Shown: one piece after another, positions 46,247 through 56,585 of the stretch
Layout: each line of letters begins with the position of its first letter
Position numbering within the stretch: the stretch's first letter is position 1
DNA from: a bacterium
Lineage (GTDB): Bacteria > Zhuqueibacterota > Zhuqueibacteria > Residuimicrobiales > Krinioviventaceae
DNA: 64,000 bases
Direction of reading: 5' to 3'
Assembly: GCA_963675755.2 (NCBI GenBank)
Contig: CAXXMD010000002.1
Location: 2,304,001 to 2,368,000 of the forward strand
Program-made: the position numbers and the translations under genes
The notes under the pieces: generated by a model
Databases searched by the model: none
What the model was told of the DNA's origin: nothing
The model's input: only the letters and a program-made list of their open reading frames with translations

Positions 46247-47050
46247 TTATTTTTGTATAGTGACTGATAAAAAGGAATCCAGATTGAACCGGTTCGCGAT
46301 GATTTTAACAAAAGATTTGGCTGGATTATTCTGCCCCGGATATTGAATGTGTAAATTTTCTACAATGCTGAATCCAGCCTTGTTCGCCATATGGCACAAC
46401 GAAGACATTGTAAAAAAAGACAAATGGTAGCGGGGATGATTACCCCCCTGCCATTTATTCTGCATAGGTGATATTTTAAATTTCAGACTGTTCAGATTGG
46501 GGACTTCAATAAATATAATCCCATTATCATTCAGCATGCCATAAAGGGTTTCCAATACAGACAAAGGATCATAAAAATGCTCAAGTACATGCCACATTAC
46601 AATAATATCAAAAGTTTCATCGGGTTGCGGCATTTTCTCAAAGTCAGAAACTGCTACATCCAACTTGTAATGCAGTCCTGCATAGTGAGCGGCTTCAGCA
46701 GAAATTTCAATACCTTTTACCTGGTAACCTGCTTGCCTGGCAATATTTAAAAAATATCCCCTTCCGCAGCCAAGTTCCAACAAAGAACCGTTTTTTCGGT
46801 ACTGTTTCAAAGTATCCAGGCGTGTCTGAAAAATATCAAATGACTGCTGGTCTTGAACATCCGTGCAGGTTTCTGTCACAATCTCAGAATTGTGATGATA
46901 TTTTTCATATACATCGGCATCAACAGAATCCTGTGAGGGACTCAGGGTATATACAAATCCACAGGATTTGCATCCCACAACACTCAATTCATCTGCAGTG
47001 TATTTTAAGTTATATTTTTTATGATGACACAGTGGACAATGACGTTCCAT
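46247..47050 (-). CDS. Class I SAM-dependent methyltransferase with an N-terminal zinc ribbon
   Basis: CPLC...CKSCG; LLELGCGRG; FDIIVMWHVLEH; IEVPN. Confidence 0.9.
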   Translation of the reverse strand: MERHCPLCHHKKYNLKYTADELSVVGCKSCGFVYTLSPSQDSVDADVYEKYHHNSEIVTETCTDVQDQQSFDIFQTRLDTLKQYRKNGSLLELGCGRGYFLNIARQAGYQVKGIEISAEAAHYAGLHYKLDVAVSDFEKMPQPDETFDIIVMWHVLEHFYDPLSVLETLYGMLNDNGIIFIEVPNLNSLKFKISPMQNKWQGGNHPRYHLSFFTMSSLCHMANKAGFSIVENLHIQYPGQNNPAKSFVKIIANRFNLDSFLSVTIQK

Positions 47051-47062
47051 ACTTTTTCCCTA

Positions 47063-48589
47063 TCAGGGTATTGCTGCTTTCATGATTGTTTCTTCAGTAG
47101 CTTCTTTTGCAGAGAATTCTGCTGTTTTGCAGCCCTCTGCCATAACCAAAATTCTGTCCGAAATCCCCATAATTTCCGGTAATTCGGATGATGCCATGAT
47201 GATACTCAATCCCTCTTTTACCAGATCGTCAATCAGGGCATAAATTTCACGTTTTGCATTTACATCAATTCCGCGGGTAGGTTCATCGAGCAGCAGGATT
47301 TTGGGATTTGTTGCCAGCCACTTGCCCAAAATAACTTTTTGCTGATTGCCGCCACTCAGATTGTCTACCATTTGCCGCAATGACGGTGTTTTTATATTAA
47401 GCTTTTCGACATATTCTTTGGCTTGTTTGTCTTGCAAGCGATTCTGTAAAAACAAAGCACGTTCGGATTTTTTCAAACTGGCAAGATTGATATTGTCCAT
47501 CACACTCATAATCCGTACCAGTCCACGGGTTTTTCTATCTTCCGGTACAAAACCAATTCCCGAATAAATGGCTTGTTTGGGGTTCCGGATTTTCACCGCC
47601 TCATTATCGATAGAAATATCTACCTGCGACGCTGTAGGATGAAGCCCAAACAGGGTTTCCAGCATTTCTGTTCGCCCGGCTCCCATCAGTCCAAAAATCC
47701 CAAGAACCTCTCCCTTGTTGACGTGAAAACTCACATCTTTGACAGAAAATTTATTCTTGATAGTAGGATGACGCAAAGAACAATTACTGACAGTCATCAT
47801 TTTATCCTGATTGACTGTATGGGTACGAGGATATAAATCTTTTAATGGCCGACCGACCATATTCTGAATGACTTCATCAGCAGTCACATTTTCCGTATCA
47901 AAATTCTTGACCACCTTGCCGTCACGTAGTACGGTTATACGATCAGAGATGCGGAACAATTCATCCATCTTATGGCTGATATAGATCACGGTTACGTCCT
48001 GTTCGGTCAACTGCCGGATCAATTTAAACAATAGCTCTACTTCTTCATCACTAATCGCCGATGTAGGTTCATCCATGATCAGGATACGGGATTGCATGGA
48101 CAGCGCTCTGCCAATTTCAATGATCTGCTGCTGACCAACCCTGAGAAAAGAAACCCGTGTTCGCGGATCCAGATCGAGGTTCAAGGTTTTCAAAATCTTT
48201 TCGGTTTCCTGGTACATGTGGCGATAGTCCAGCATGCCCAGAGGTTTCAAGGGCTCACGCCCTAAAAAAATATTTTCAGCAATACTGAGATTAGGCACCA
48301 GGTTCAGCTCCTGGTAAATAATGCCAATACTGCTCTTGTGGGCTTCTTTGGTATTTGAAAAACGGATCGGTTTACCATCCAGGAAAATATCTCCCTCATA
48401 ATCAGTATAAACCCCTGAAAATATCTTCATCAATGTGGATTTACCGGCACCATTCTCACCGATCAATGCGTTCACCTTGCCGCGATGGACCTGAAAGCTC
48501 ACATCATCCAGCGCAACTACCCCCGGAAATTTCTTGGTTACGTTACGGGCTTCTAATATAATTTTGCCGTTAACTGGTTCTCGTGTCAT
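47063..48589 (-). CDS. Sugar ABC transporter ATP-binding protein (RbsA-like, CUT2 family)
   Basis: GENGAGKST, MDEPTS, GLMGAGRTE, PEDRK, LSGGNQQK and DEPTRGIDV. Confidence 0.93.
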   Translation of the reverse strand: MTREPVNGKIILEARNVTKKFPGVVALDDVSFQVHRGKVNALIGENGAGKSTLMKIFSGVYTDYEGDIFLDGKPIRFSNTKEAHKSSIGIIYQELNLVPNLSIAENIFLGREPLKPLGMLDYRHMYQETEKILKTLNLDLDPRTRVSFLRVGQQQIIEIGRALSMQSRILIMDEPTSAISDEEVELLFKLIRQLTEQDVTVIYISHKMDELFRISDRITVLRDGKVVKNFDTENVTADEVIQNMVGRPLKDLYPRTHTVNQDKMMTVSNCSLRHPTIKNKFSVKDVSFHVNKGEVLGIFGLMGAGRTEMLETLFGLHPTASQVDISIDNEAVKIRNPKQAIYSGIGFVPEDRKTRGLVRIMSVMDNINLASLKKSERALFLQNRLQDKQAKEYVEKLNIKTPSLRQMVDNLSGGNQQKVILGKWLATNPKILLLDEPTRGIDVNAKREIYALIDDLVKEGLSIIMASSELPEIMGISDRILVMAEGCKTAEFSAKEATEETIMKAAIP

Positions 48590-48779
48590 GTATTTCCTAA
48601 ATCTGGTTTCTTTTGCATAAATAAACGCATAATTTATGAAAAAATAAACAATAATCTTTATTATAAAAGATTAATGATCCCAAATTGAATTTATTTTTTG
48701 ATTTTCAATCCCTTTTTTAGTACATTCACTTATTATCATGAAAATCGTAGTAAATTCATTATAGTATCGGAGGTGAACA

Positions 48780-49914
48780 ATGAAATCGCATTTGTTTAAA
48801 ATAGCGGTTTTTGTTTTTTCATGTTTTATTGTTTCATGCACCACTAACCAGAAAGGCGGATCCATGATCACATCAGAACCATTTGGCACAACCCCGGACG
48901 GCCAGTCCGTTGAATTATATACCTTGAAAAACGATAATGGTATGCAAGCCACTGTCATGACGTATGGCGCCACTCTGGTTTCACTGACTGCACCGGATAA
49001 AAACGGCGAGTTTATTGATGTATTGCTGGGTTATTATGATCTGGACAATTTTGTAAAAAGAGGCAGTTATTTTGGAACAGTTGTAGGACGCTATGGCAAC
49101 CGAATTGCTAATGGTAAATTCAGCATCGATGGCACCGAATACACCCTGGCTGTCAATAATGGTCCCAACCATCTGCATGGCGGATTAAAAGGCTTTGATA
49201 AAAAAGTATGGGGTGGAAAAATTGTAACCACGGATGAAGGTGAAGCAGTTCAACTGCATTATCTCAGTAAAGATGGTGAAGAAGGGTATCCCGGTAATTT
49301 GGATGTTACCGTGACCTATTCGCTTTCTAATGACAATGCGATCAAGATAGCATATTATGCAACTACGGATAAAAAAAACCGTAGTAAACCTGACCAACCA
49401 CGCCTATTTTAACCTGCGCGGTTCCGGCCAGATTCTGGACCATGTAATGATGATCAATGCTGATAAATTCACTCCGGTTGATGACACCCTCATCCCTACC
49501 GGCGAACTGCGTCCGGTCAAAGGCACTCCCTTTGATTTTCTTACTCCTACAGCAGTGGGCGCTCGAATTGACGCAGATTATGAACAGAATCAATTCGGTG
49601 GCGGTTATGACCATAATTTTGTTCTCAATAAAGACGGTGAACAACCCACGCTGGCAGCGCGAGTGTATGAACCTGAAACCGGTCGTGTGATGGAAGTCTA
49701 TACCGATGAACCGGGTGTTCAGTTCTATACCGGCAACTTTTTAGATGGCACTATTACCGGCAAAAACGGTACGGTTTATGAACGTCGCAGCGGTCTTTGT
49801 CTCGAAACCCAGCACTATCCGGATTCACCGAACCAACCCGATTTTCCGTCAGTCATCCTCGAACCGGGTCAGGAATACAATACCCGCACTATTTATAAAT
49901 TCAGTGCAAAATAA
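48780..49914 (+). pseudogene. galM: Aldose 1-epimerase (galactose mutarotase) lipoprotein split by a +1 frameshift in the A8 run at 49371-49378 (real indel or sequencing error)
   Basis: ORF 48780-49412 has GRYGNRI, HLHGG and EEGYPG. ORF 49357-49914 continues [19 protein letters not shown] and CLETQHYPD. Seven A's would restore [11 protein letters not shown]. Confidence 0.9.
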
Positions 49915-49932
49915 TTTTCATACCAAATCATC

Positions 49933-49965
49933 AAAAAAAAGCGGGCCTTTGGGTCCGCTTTTTTT
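49933..49965 (+). terminator. Rho-independent terminator after galM
   Basis: AAAAAAAAGCGGGCC-TTTG-GGTCCGCTTTTTTT. Confidence 0.85.
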
Positions 49966-50149
49966 ATTCTCATAATTGCTTTAAATAACAACATATATTA
50001 CAAATCTCTCCTTTTCCTGTTGATATTCATATTAAATATTAATAAATATAAAATTATTTTTTCACCCACATTACATATTTATAAATTAACAAACAGAAAT
50101 TCACAACAATAGCAATTGGGGTACTGTTGATTTTGGAAAGGGGTAACAA

Positions 50150-52318
50150 GTGAAACGCTCGAACATCCGTATAGCAGTATTGTTTTCAAGTTTATTTTTT
50201 ATTTTTTCTGTCTTTGTTAATTGCTCTGATGATCCTGTTTCACCTCAAGAGACGGATACAGATAAAGCAATTGCCAGCGAAACCATCGGCGCTTCTGGTG
50301 GCAAAATTGAAACAGAAAACATATCAATAGAGGTTCCCGCCGGGGCTCTTGAGCAAAGTAATACTATCAGCATTTACGAGCACCAGGATGACGATATATT
50401 TGCCGAAAACGGCAATTCGATGGTCATGGAAATTCAGGGACTACCGGAGACAATCAAGATTCCCCTTACAATCAAGATGAAAACCGATGACACCCTTGAT
50501 GAGAACTGTTATCTCGCTTTTGGCAGATTGTCAATTAATGAATCCATTCTGGATTCATCTCTGGTTTACGATTTGTACCCAGCCCGGGATTCTTCCGGTT
50601 ATCTCATTGGAGAATTACCGGCGACCTCTAAAAATGGATTGTCCAAATTAAATAAAACCGATTTTGGGATTTATGATCCTGCTTCGTGGCTTGTCAAAGC
50701 TGTCATTCAAACACATATTAGAACGACAGAACATTTTGAAATTTATTACCCGATCTCGTTAAGCGATAAAGTAAATGTTCTTGAGCAGGAACTTGAAAAA
50801 GTTTACGATTTATTTGACCAGGACCTGGGGTTGTCATTGGATCTCAACAATAATCGCTGGAAAATATGGATCAAAGTACAACAATCCACAATCTTATCCT
50901 ATTTCGGTAATGATGTTCCTTTATTAAATATCAGTCGAGACAAATTAAACAAAAGTGAATTTGAATCTATCCGCAAATCTTTGGCTGCCAATTTTGTTCA
51001 TTTTTGTGCAAGGCAAAGCCTGCCTGTAGCAATAAAAAATGATATTGCCAGCCATTATTGGCTGGAAGCTGCCGTATCCGCGTGGATACAGGAATTTTTA
51101 ACAGAAAGCACATTTACCCAACCGGATGAGCTTGTTGAAAATGCAATGTCCCCCTTTAATGGATTACGAGCAGGTGCCGGCACACTACCGGATGTTGAAA
51201 AAATCCATAATCATGGTGTGGGCTTGGCTACGTTGATTAAATTTTTGACAGAGCATGATAAAGCAGGAATATCCAGTATTGCACAATTATATGCGAATGT
51301 AAATGATGGTTTTAATCCCGCGGGTGCAGTACACTATTATGCCAGTGAAAAGCTTGGTGAACTATGGTGGGCAGAGTATCTCCAAGCCCTTTTGGAAGGA
51401 GAAATTTATGAAATGGATTTCAACTATTTTTTAAACAATGCGCATGGAATAGCAAATATAAACACTTTTCCTGTCACCAAAACATTTTCTTCAACAGATG
51501 CTTCAATCGGTCCCTATCCTGATATATCTGCCAAAATGTTCAAAATCAATCTGAGCTCTGGTGAAATTGATCCGTCGTATCGCATGCTGTTGAGTGCAAC
51601 CGGCCCCGCCGATAACTCTCACCTGGCATTCATAGTCTATGCACTCAAGGGCTCAAATTATGAATATCTTGGAACAGCTTATGAACAGGATGTAACAATC
51701 CCGGATTTGAAACAGTATTATGATGAGGGTTTCACACAGTATTTGGTTGTGGTTGTGAACAATAACGCATTAACATCTTTTCTTGGTGAAACCAATATCG
51801 ATTTTACCATTGATGTTGGTCCAGCCGGAGGAGGCGGCGGTGGAAACGGTAATGACCTGACATATAACCGATGTATTGTTGACGCCCATTTTTACGGTAC
51901 CTATGAATCAACCCGAAATGGACCGGTTGAGACGTATACCGATTATAAACAATTCGGATCGATTAAAATTGAGGGTGGATTTATGGGAAACACCTTTTCC
52001 GGAATTCATGATGATGGATACGGGACCACCGAAACAGTTCTGGTAACCTTGAACGATGATCACACAATGGTAACATCCGTGAGTTGGGTAAAAGAATATA
52101 AATATGATGATTTGGGTCTCTATGAGATTTTGGGTTTTACAGCTTCCAATATCCCCATTAATCCAGATGACGAAAATAAATTCGAGATCAGAGGCAATAG
52201 TGCATGTGATGAATTTACCGTATATGACAACTGGACTTCAGATGACAGTTATATCAAAATGACTGATCATTATTGTGATGAAAATAGTTTGATCTATATT
52301 TCATTTTCTGAAGAATAG
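50150..52318 (+). CDS. Large surface lipoprotein with a ZU5-like N-terminus and a degenerate gluzincin-like domain
   Basis: GTG start; lipobox FVNC; TIGASGGKI...IEVPAGAL; TEHFEIYY ... LAANFVH ... WLEAAVSAW; Gly linker GGGGGGNG. Confidence 0.65.
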   Translation: MKRSNIRIAVLFSSLFFIFSVFVNCSDDPVSPQETDTDKAIASETIGASGGKIETENISIEVPAGALEQSNTISIYEHQDDDIFAENGNSMVMEIQGLPETIKIPLTIKMKTDDTLDENCYLAFGRLSINESILDSSLVYDLYPARDSSGYLIGELPATSKNGLSKLNKTDFGIYDPASWLVKAVIQTHIRTTEHFEIYYPISLSDKVNVLEQELEKVYDLFDQDLGLSLDLNNNRWKIWIKVQQSTILSYFGNDVPLLNISRDKLNKSEFESIRKSLAANFVHFCARQSLPVAIKNDIASHYWLEAAVSAWIQEFLTESTFTQPDELVENAMSPFNGLRAGAGTLPDVEKIHNHGVGLATLIKFLTEHDKAGISSIAQLYANVNDGFNPAGAVHYYASEKLGELWWAEYLQALLEGEIYEMDFNYFLNNAHGIANINTFPVTKTFSSTDASIGPYPDISAKMFKINLSSGEIDPSYRMLLSATGPADNSHLAFIVYALKGSNYEYLGTAYEQDVTIPDLKQYYDEGFTQYLVVVVNNNALTSFLGETNIDFTIDVGPAGGGGGGNGNDLTYNRCIVDAHFYGTYESTRNGPVETYTDYKQFGSIKIEGGFMGNTFSGIHDDGYGTTETVLVTLNDDHTMVTSVSWVKEYKYDDLGLYEILGFTASNIPINPDDENKFEIRGNSACDEFTVYDNWTSDDSYIKMTDHYCDENSLIYISFSEE

Positions 52319-52327
52319 ATATAAAAA

Positions 52328-52351
52328 GGGCGGACACTCAATTCCGCCCCA
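52328..52351. repeat. REP-like palindrome family D, copy 1
   Basis: GGGCGGACACTCAATTCCGCCCCA. Confidence 0.8.
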
Positions 52352-52426
52352 GTTAATAGTTACAAAACAATTGCTGTATTGGTAATATATAATTATATTA
52401 ACATTATTATAAAAATCTTTAAGAAA

Positions 52427-52699
52427 ATGAAAAAATACAAAAAAATACCTGATTTCAAATCAGAAAAAGAAGAACAGAAATTCTGGTCAACGCACGATTC
52501 AACAGAATTTATCAACTGGGACAACGCAGACCAGGTAACGTTAACAAATCTCAAACCGAGTACAAAAACCATATCACTACGTTTACCTGAACATATGTTG
52601 GACCAACTTCGAACTCTGGCAAACAAAAGAGATGTACCATACCAATCTCTGATCAAGATATTTCTTAAGGAACGTATTGACCGCGAATTTGAAAAATAA
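52427..52699 (+). CDS. CopG/BrnA-type ribbon-helix-helix antitoxin, orphan
   Basis: IPDFKSEKEEQKFWSTHDST ... TKTISLRLPE....LR.LA....VPYQSLIK; ATG at 52427. Confidence 0.88.
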   Translation: MKKYKKIPDFKSEKEEQKFWSTHDSTEFINWDNADQVTLTNLKPSTKTISLRLPEHMLDQLRTLANKRDVPYQSLIKIFLKERIDREFEK

Positions 52700-52748
52700 T
52701 TGATATACTGTAAAATGGGGTATCTAACATTTTAGACAGGAGGGGATC

Positions 52749-53303
52749 TTGGATTATATTGGATGGATTATATTTATTATCGTCTTTGGTGAATTGGCAC
52801 TTTATTTTATCAAATTTTTCCCATTTATCCACTGGAACAAAAACAAACATTTAAAATTTCTATATTTTTATGGTATTCCACTAAAAAGACATCTTTTTAA
52901 CAGTAAATACCAAAAAGATGAAATCATTCAATATATCAACAATTATATAAAACCGTTAAAAAAACTGGACGAGTCTGTTTTTGTAACCAGAAGAAAATAT
53001 TTAAAAATCTTGCAATGGTATACACCTGTTTTTATTGAAGCCAGGTTAACCATTTCTCAGGACATAGAGCTTGGTACTGTAATTGATACGGAATTTAAAA
53101 TGATATATTTTCCATGGATAGCAATATTGGCAAGTATTCTTATGAGTTTCGGGTTACCTGCTATAGAAATAGCATCAAATATTTTTGCCAGTCTATTTAC
53201 AATACTCTTTTTTTATTTATTTGCTTTGCTGGAAAGGTACGTATTGATCAAAAAGCTTGAAAAAATTAAAAATATGGATACAACATATTATCTTTTCGCC
53301 TAA
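52749..53303 (+). CDS. Hypothetical AT-rich membrane protein (about 3 TM helices)
   Basis: TTG start after a strong GGAGGGG RBS; hydrophobic segments at both ends. Confidence 0.7.
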   Translation: MDYIGWIIFIIVFGELALYFIKFFPFIHWNKNKHLKFLYFYGIPLKRHLFNSKYQKDEIIQYINNYIKPLKKLDESVFVTRRKYLKILQWYTPVFIEARLTISQDIELGTVIDTEFKMIYFPWIAILASILMSFGLPAIEIASNIFASLFTILFFYLFALLERYVLIKKLEKIKNMDTTYYLFA

Positions 53304-53315
53304 TTAGAACAATAT

Positions 53316-53338
53316 GGCGGACACTCAAGTCCGCCCCA
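53316..53338. repeat. REP-like palindrome family D, copy 2
   Basis: GGCGGACACTCAAGTCCGCCCCA. Confidence 0.8.
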
Positions 53339-53350
53339 ACATTTACCATC

Positions 53351-56300
53351 TTACTTGCAAACAAACTCGTATTGTCCCGAGCCCACCTCGTGCGTTGATC
53401 CATCCGGCATGAGAATATCTGCCGTACTGTTTGGCGGAATTGAAACGTTCAGCACAAACTTTCCGTCATCAATCTTCCACTCACTTTTGATCTCTCCATA
53501 CAAAGAACGGGTTGATGCTTTAACAAAAGTCAAATCGCTAACCGGTTTGGGTTGAATGAAAATATGTTTGAATCCCGGATTTTCCACATCCGGATTTATG
53601 CCCGCCAGTTCACGGTAAAACCAGGTTACAATATCCCCAAACATCACATGATTGAGCGATCCCTCCGTATCAGTCCAATCCTCCCATATGGATGTGGCGC
53701 CTTTGGCGATCCAGTCACCAAAGCCCGGAAAGTCCGGTTGTGTGGCAACTGTATAAGCCAGTTCATGCTGTCCATTGAGCGTCAGTGCTCTGAACAAAGC
53801 CTTTGCGCCCAAAATCCCCACATCCACGTGGTCATTGCCGGCATGCACCGCATTTACAAGCTGGGCAATGGTGGCATCTCGTTCAACTTCCGGCACCAAT
53901 TCGTTAAACAAGGATATCGCCTGTGAGGTTTGGCTGCGCAGATCATAGATGCCGTCACCTTTATAAAATTCATCATTATAAGCCTTTTTAACTTTTTCTG
54001 CCAGTCTACTATACTTATCCGCATCACTGGTCTTACCCAGTACGCTGGCCATTTCCTCAAGCACCTTGATATCATTATAATAAATAGCCGTAGAGGTTAC
54101 ACGGCCCGGAGTTTTGGTTTTAAAATAACACCAGTCGCCCCGCCCCATTTCCACAATATGATCAGGAAACCGCTGATTGAGAAAATTCACATATCCACTG
54201 GCAAGTTCATAATGGTTATCCAGTATCTTTGCGTCACCGGAATACAAGTACATATTCCAGGGGACCATCACAGCCGCAGAGCCCCAACCGGGACCGTTAC
54301 TGTCACTGTATCCCCAGCCCGGAGTCGGCGCTATACCCGGCAGATCGCCTGTGGGTGTGCGGGCATCCAGTAAATCATAGGCCCATTTGTTGTATGCCGG
54401 GATATTGTTATAATTCAACATTCCCAATTCAGATGCCAGTTGCGCGTCTCCGGTCCAGCCGTTTTTCTCGCGTTGGGGACAATCTGTAGGGTACCCCACA
54501 TAATTACTCTGATAAGAACGCTCGGTGAGTTTATAGATTGTATTGAGCAGATCGTTCGAGCATTCAAAATGACCAATCGTTTCAAAATCCGTATTGGCAA
54601 CTCGTCCCTGTATCATATCTATTGTCAGTTTATCCAGCCCCGTCACCTCGACATAGCGAAAGCCATGATAGGTAAAGCGCGGCTCCCAAACCTGGGTAAA
54701 GCCGTCTTTGGCGATATAGGTATCGGTTTGAAAGGGCCCCTGAAACACATACCTGGCATTACGGCGCTGATTAATCATTCCACGTTCATCCAGACGCTCA
54801 CTATAACGCACTTTAATGGTATCTCCCTTTGCTGCATCAACCAGCAACCGTACCCATCCTGCCATATTGGTTCCCATATCCACCACAAACACACCGGTTT
54901 TCGGTTCTGTTACGGACACCGGCACAAGGGTCTCTACCACCCTTACCGGCGGCATGGTCTGTGAATCCAGGATACCTTTGGGAGCAGGTACAATTTCCGG
55001 GGTATGCCATGCCGAATCATCAAATCCCGGTTGGTCCCAGCCGGGCTGTTCCTGGCGGGCATCATACATTTCGCCATTACGAATGCCATCATGTATTACA
55101 GGACCGGTAGATGCCTTCCATGAGAGATCACTGACAATCGTCTTTTGTGTTCCATCATTGAATGTGATTTGCATCTGCGCCATCATTTTGGGTTTGTCAC
55201 GCCAGGTCGCCCCGTCAAAATCCCAGGTTGCGCGGGTATGCATATCGAACCAGCCGCTGCCCAGCATTACACCCATGGCATTCTTACCTGGTTCAAGATA
55301 ATCTTTCAACTCGTAACAGGTATAAAGTACTCGCTTGTTATAATTTGTAAAAGCAGGGTCCAGACGGTGGTCACCTACTTTTTTTCCATTGCAATAAAGT
55401 TCATAATATCCCAGTCCGGATATCGCAATTTTTGCAGAGACAATCTCTTTGTCGAGACTAAATTCTTTGCGAAATACGGGCGAAGGTTCGGTTTGACGCC
55501 AGCCCGGGGTACGTCTCCATTTATACGAGGCAGGCGCAACCTCGTCTGCCGCTTCATATTCACCATTACGTTCAACAGCTGCCAGCCACTGTTCGGTTGT
55601 CTCAATGGTTTCCACATCCCCGTTTTTCTTTACGAATTTTACCACACCAATCAAGCCGGCAGGATCAGGAACATCATATTTCCAGCCTTGAATGAGGATC
55701 TCGTTCTCACCATTTTTCAAATACGGTTTGATATTATATTGCGGAGCAGGTGCTTCCGGGCGATAAGAAACAATCCCGGATACCTGTTGATCATTCACAA
55801 AAAGCTGAAACGCATCATTCGCGCACAAAAGGATTTCGGCTTGCTGCAGCGCTGAAAGATTTGATACAGATACACGGGTCTTGAAAAATCGACTACAATT
55901 TTTGAGATCTTTGTCTTTATCTTCCGGGTGCCAGATCCATTTGGCATTTTCATACCAGTCCGGAGCAAAAATATTCTTTTCAGATTCGGCTACAAATCCC
56001 AGCCATTTTGCCTGCCATTGAGAGGCATCCAAAATGCCCATTGCCCAGTACGCGGAATCACTCCAGGGTTGTTCTGTACCGTTCTCGTCCCATAGTTTTA
56101 CTTTCCAGTAACAATCCTGAAAACTGTTTAATGCTTTGCCAGCATAAGAAATGAGCACAGGACGGTCACCGGTTACCTTGCCGGAATCCCACAGGTCACC
56201 GGTATCGTTGTCCAATACAGATTTTGAGGAAGCGACCAGAATCCGGTATGCGCTTTCACGCTGGCCTTGGGTACCATCAATCTGCTGCATACGCCAACCC

Positions 56301-56461
56301 AGTCGAGGTGCAGAACGATCAATGCCTTCAGGATTCACCATAAACTCGCAGCGCAGGTCCACAGCTTTTGCCAATGGCTGGGAATAAATCAAAACAGTAA
56401 TCACAAATAATAAAACAAATACAACTGAAATGAATTTTTGAAAACCGGTATAATCAGTCAT
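53351..56461 (-). CDS. Secreted GH78 alpha-L-rhamnosidase
   Basis: LWDSGKV, GLGYYE, FTYHGFRYVE, PTDCPQREKNGWTGD, ATSIWE and SLNHVMFG. Confidence 0.93.
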   Translation of the reverse strand: MTDYTGFQKFISVVFVLLFVITVLIYSQPLAKAVDLRCEFMVNPEGIDRSAPRLGWRMQQIDGTQGQRESAYRILVASSKSVLDNDTGDLWDSGKVTGDRPVLISYAGKALNSFQDCYWKVKLWDENGTEQPWSDSAYWAMGILDASQWQAKWLGFVAESEKNIFAPDWYENAKWIWHPEDKDKDLKNCSRFFKTRVSVSNLSALQQAEILLCANDAFQLFVNDQQVSGIVSYRPEAPAPQYNIKPYLKNGENEILIQGWKYDVPDPAGLIGVVKFVKKNGDVETIETTEQWLAAVERNGEYEAADEVAPASYKWRRTPGWRQTEPSPVFRKEFSLDKEIVSAKIAISGLGYYELYCNGKKVGDHRLDPAFTNYNKRVLYTCYELKDYLEPGKNAMGVMLGSGWFDMHTRATWDFDGATWRDKPKMMAQMQITFNDGTQKTIVSDLSWKASTGPVIHDGIRNGEMYDARQEQPGWDQPGFDDSAWHTPEIVPAPKGILDSQTMPPVRVVETLVPVSVTEPKTGVFVVDMGTNMAGWVRLLVDAAKGDTIKVRYSERLDERGMINQRRNARYVFQGPFQTDTYIAKDGFTQVWEPRFTYHGFRYVEVTGLDKLTIDMIQGRVANTDFETIGHFECSNDLLNTIYKLTERSYQSNYVGYPTDCPQREKNGWTGDAQLASELGMLNYNNIPAYNKWAYDLLDARTPTGDLPGIAPTPGWGYSDSNGPGWGSAAVMVPWNMYLYSGDAKILDNHYELASGYVNFLNQRFPDHIVEMGRGDWCYFKTKTPGRVTSTAIYYNDIKVLEEMASVLGKTSDADKYSRLAEKVKKAYNDEFYKGDGIYDLRSQTSQAISLFNELVPEVERDATIAQLVNAVHAGNDHVDVGILGAKALFRALTLNGQHELAYTVATQPDFPGFGDWIAKGATSIWEDWTDTEGSLNHVMFGDIVTWFYRELAGINPDVENPGFKHIFIQPKPVSDLTFVKASTRSLYGEIKSEWKIDDGKFVLNVSIPPNSTADILMPDGSTHEVGSGQYEFVCK

Positions 56462-56486
56462 AAACTTTTCCCTTTAAATATGAATC

Positions 56487-56512
56487 GGGTGGACATATAG
56501 GTCCACCCCAAC
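56487..56512. repeat. REP-like palindrome family D, copy 3, with a compensatory change
   Basis: GGGTGGACATATAGGTCCACCCCAAC. Confidence 0.7.
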
Positions 56513-56585
56513 AATGGTTAAATTTACCTCTTACGCTTGTCCGCCCGCTGGCGAAGTTTCATCTTATGTCTGACATTTGACGTCT

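Noticed and set aside
55145-55855. 236 aa plus-strand ORF
   Set aside because: Antisense shadow of the GH78 gene with no recognisable motifs.
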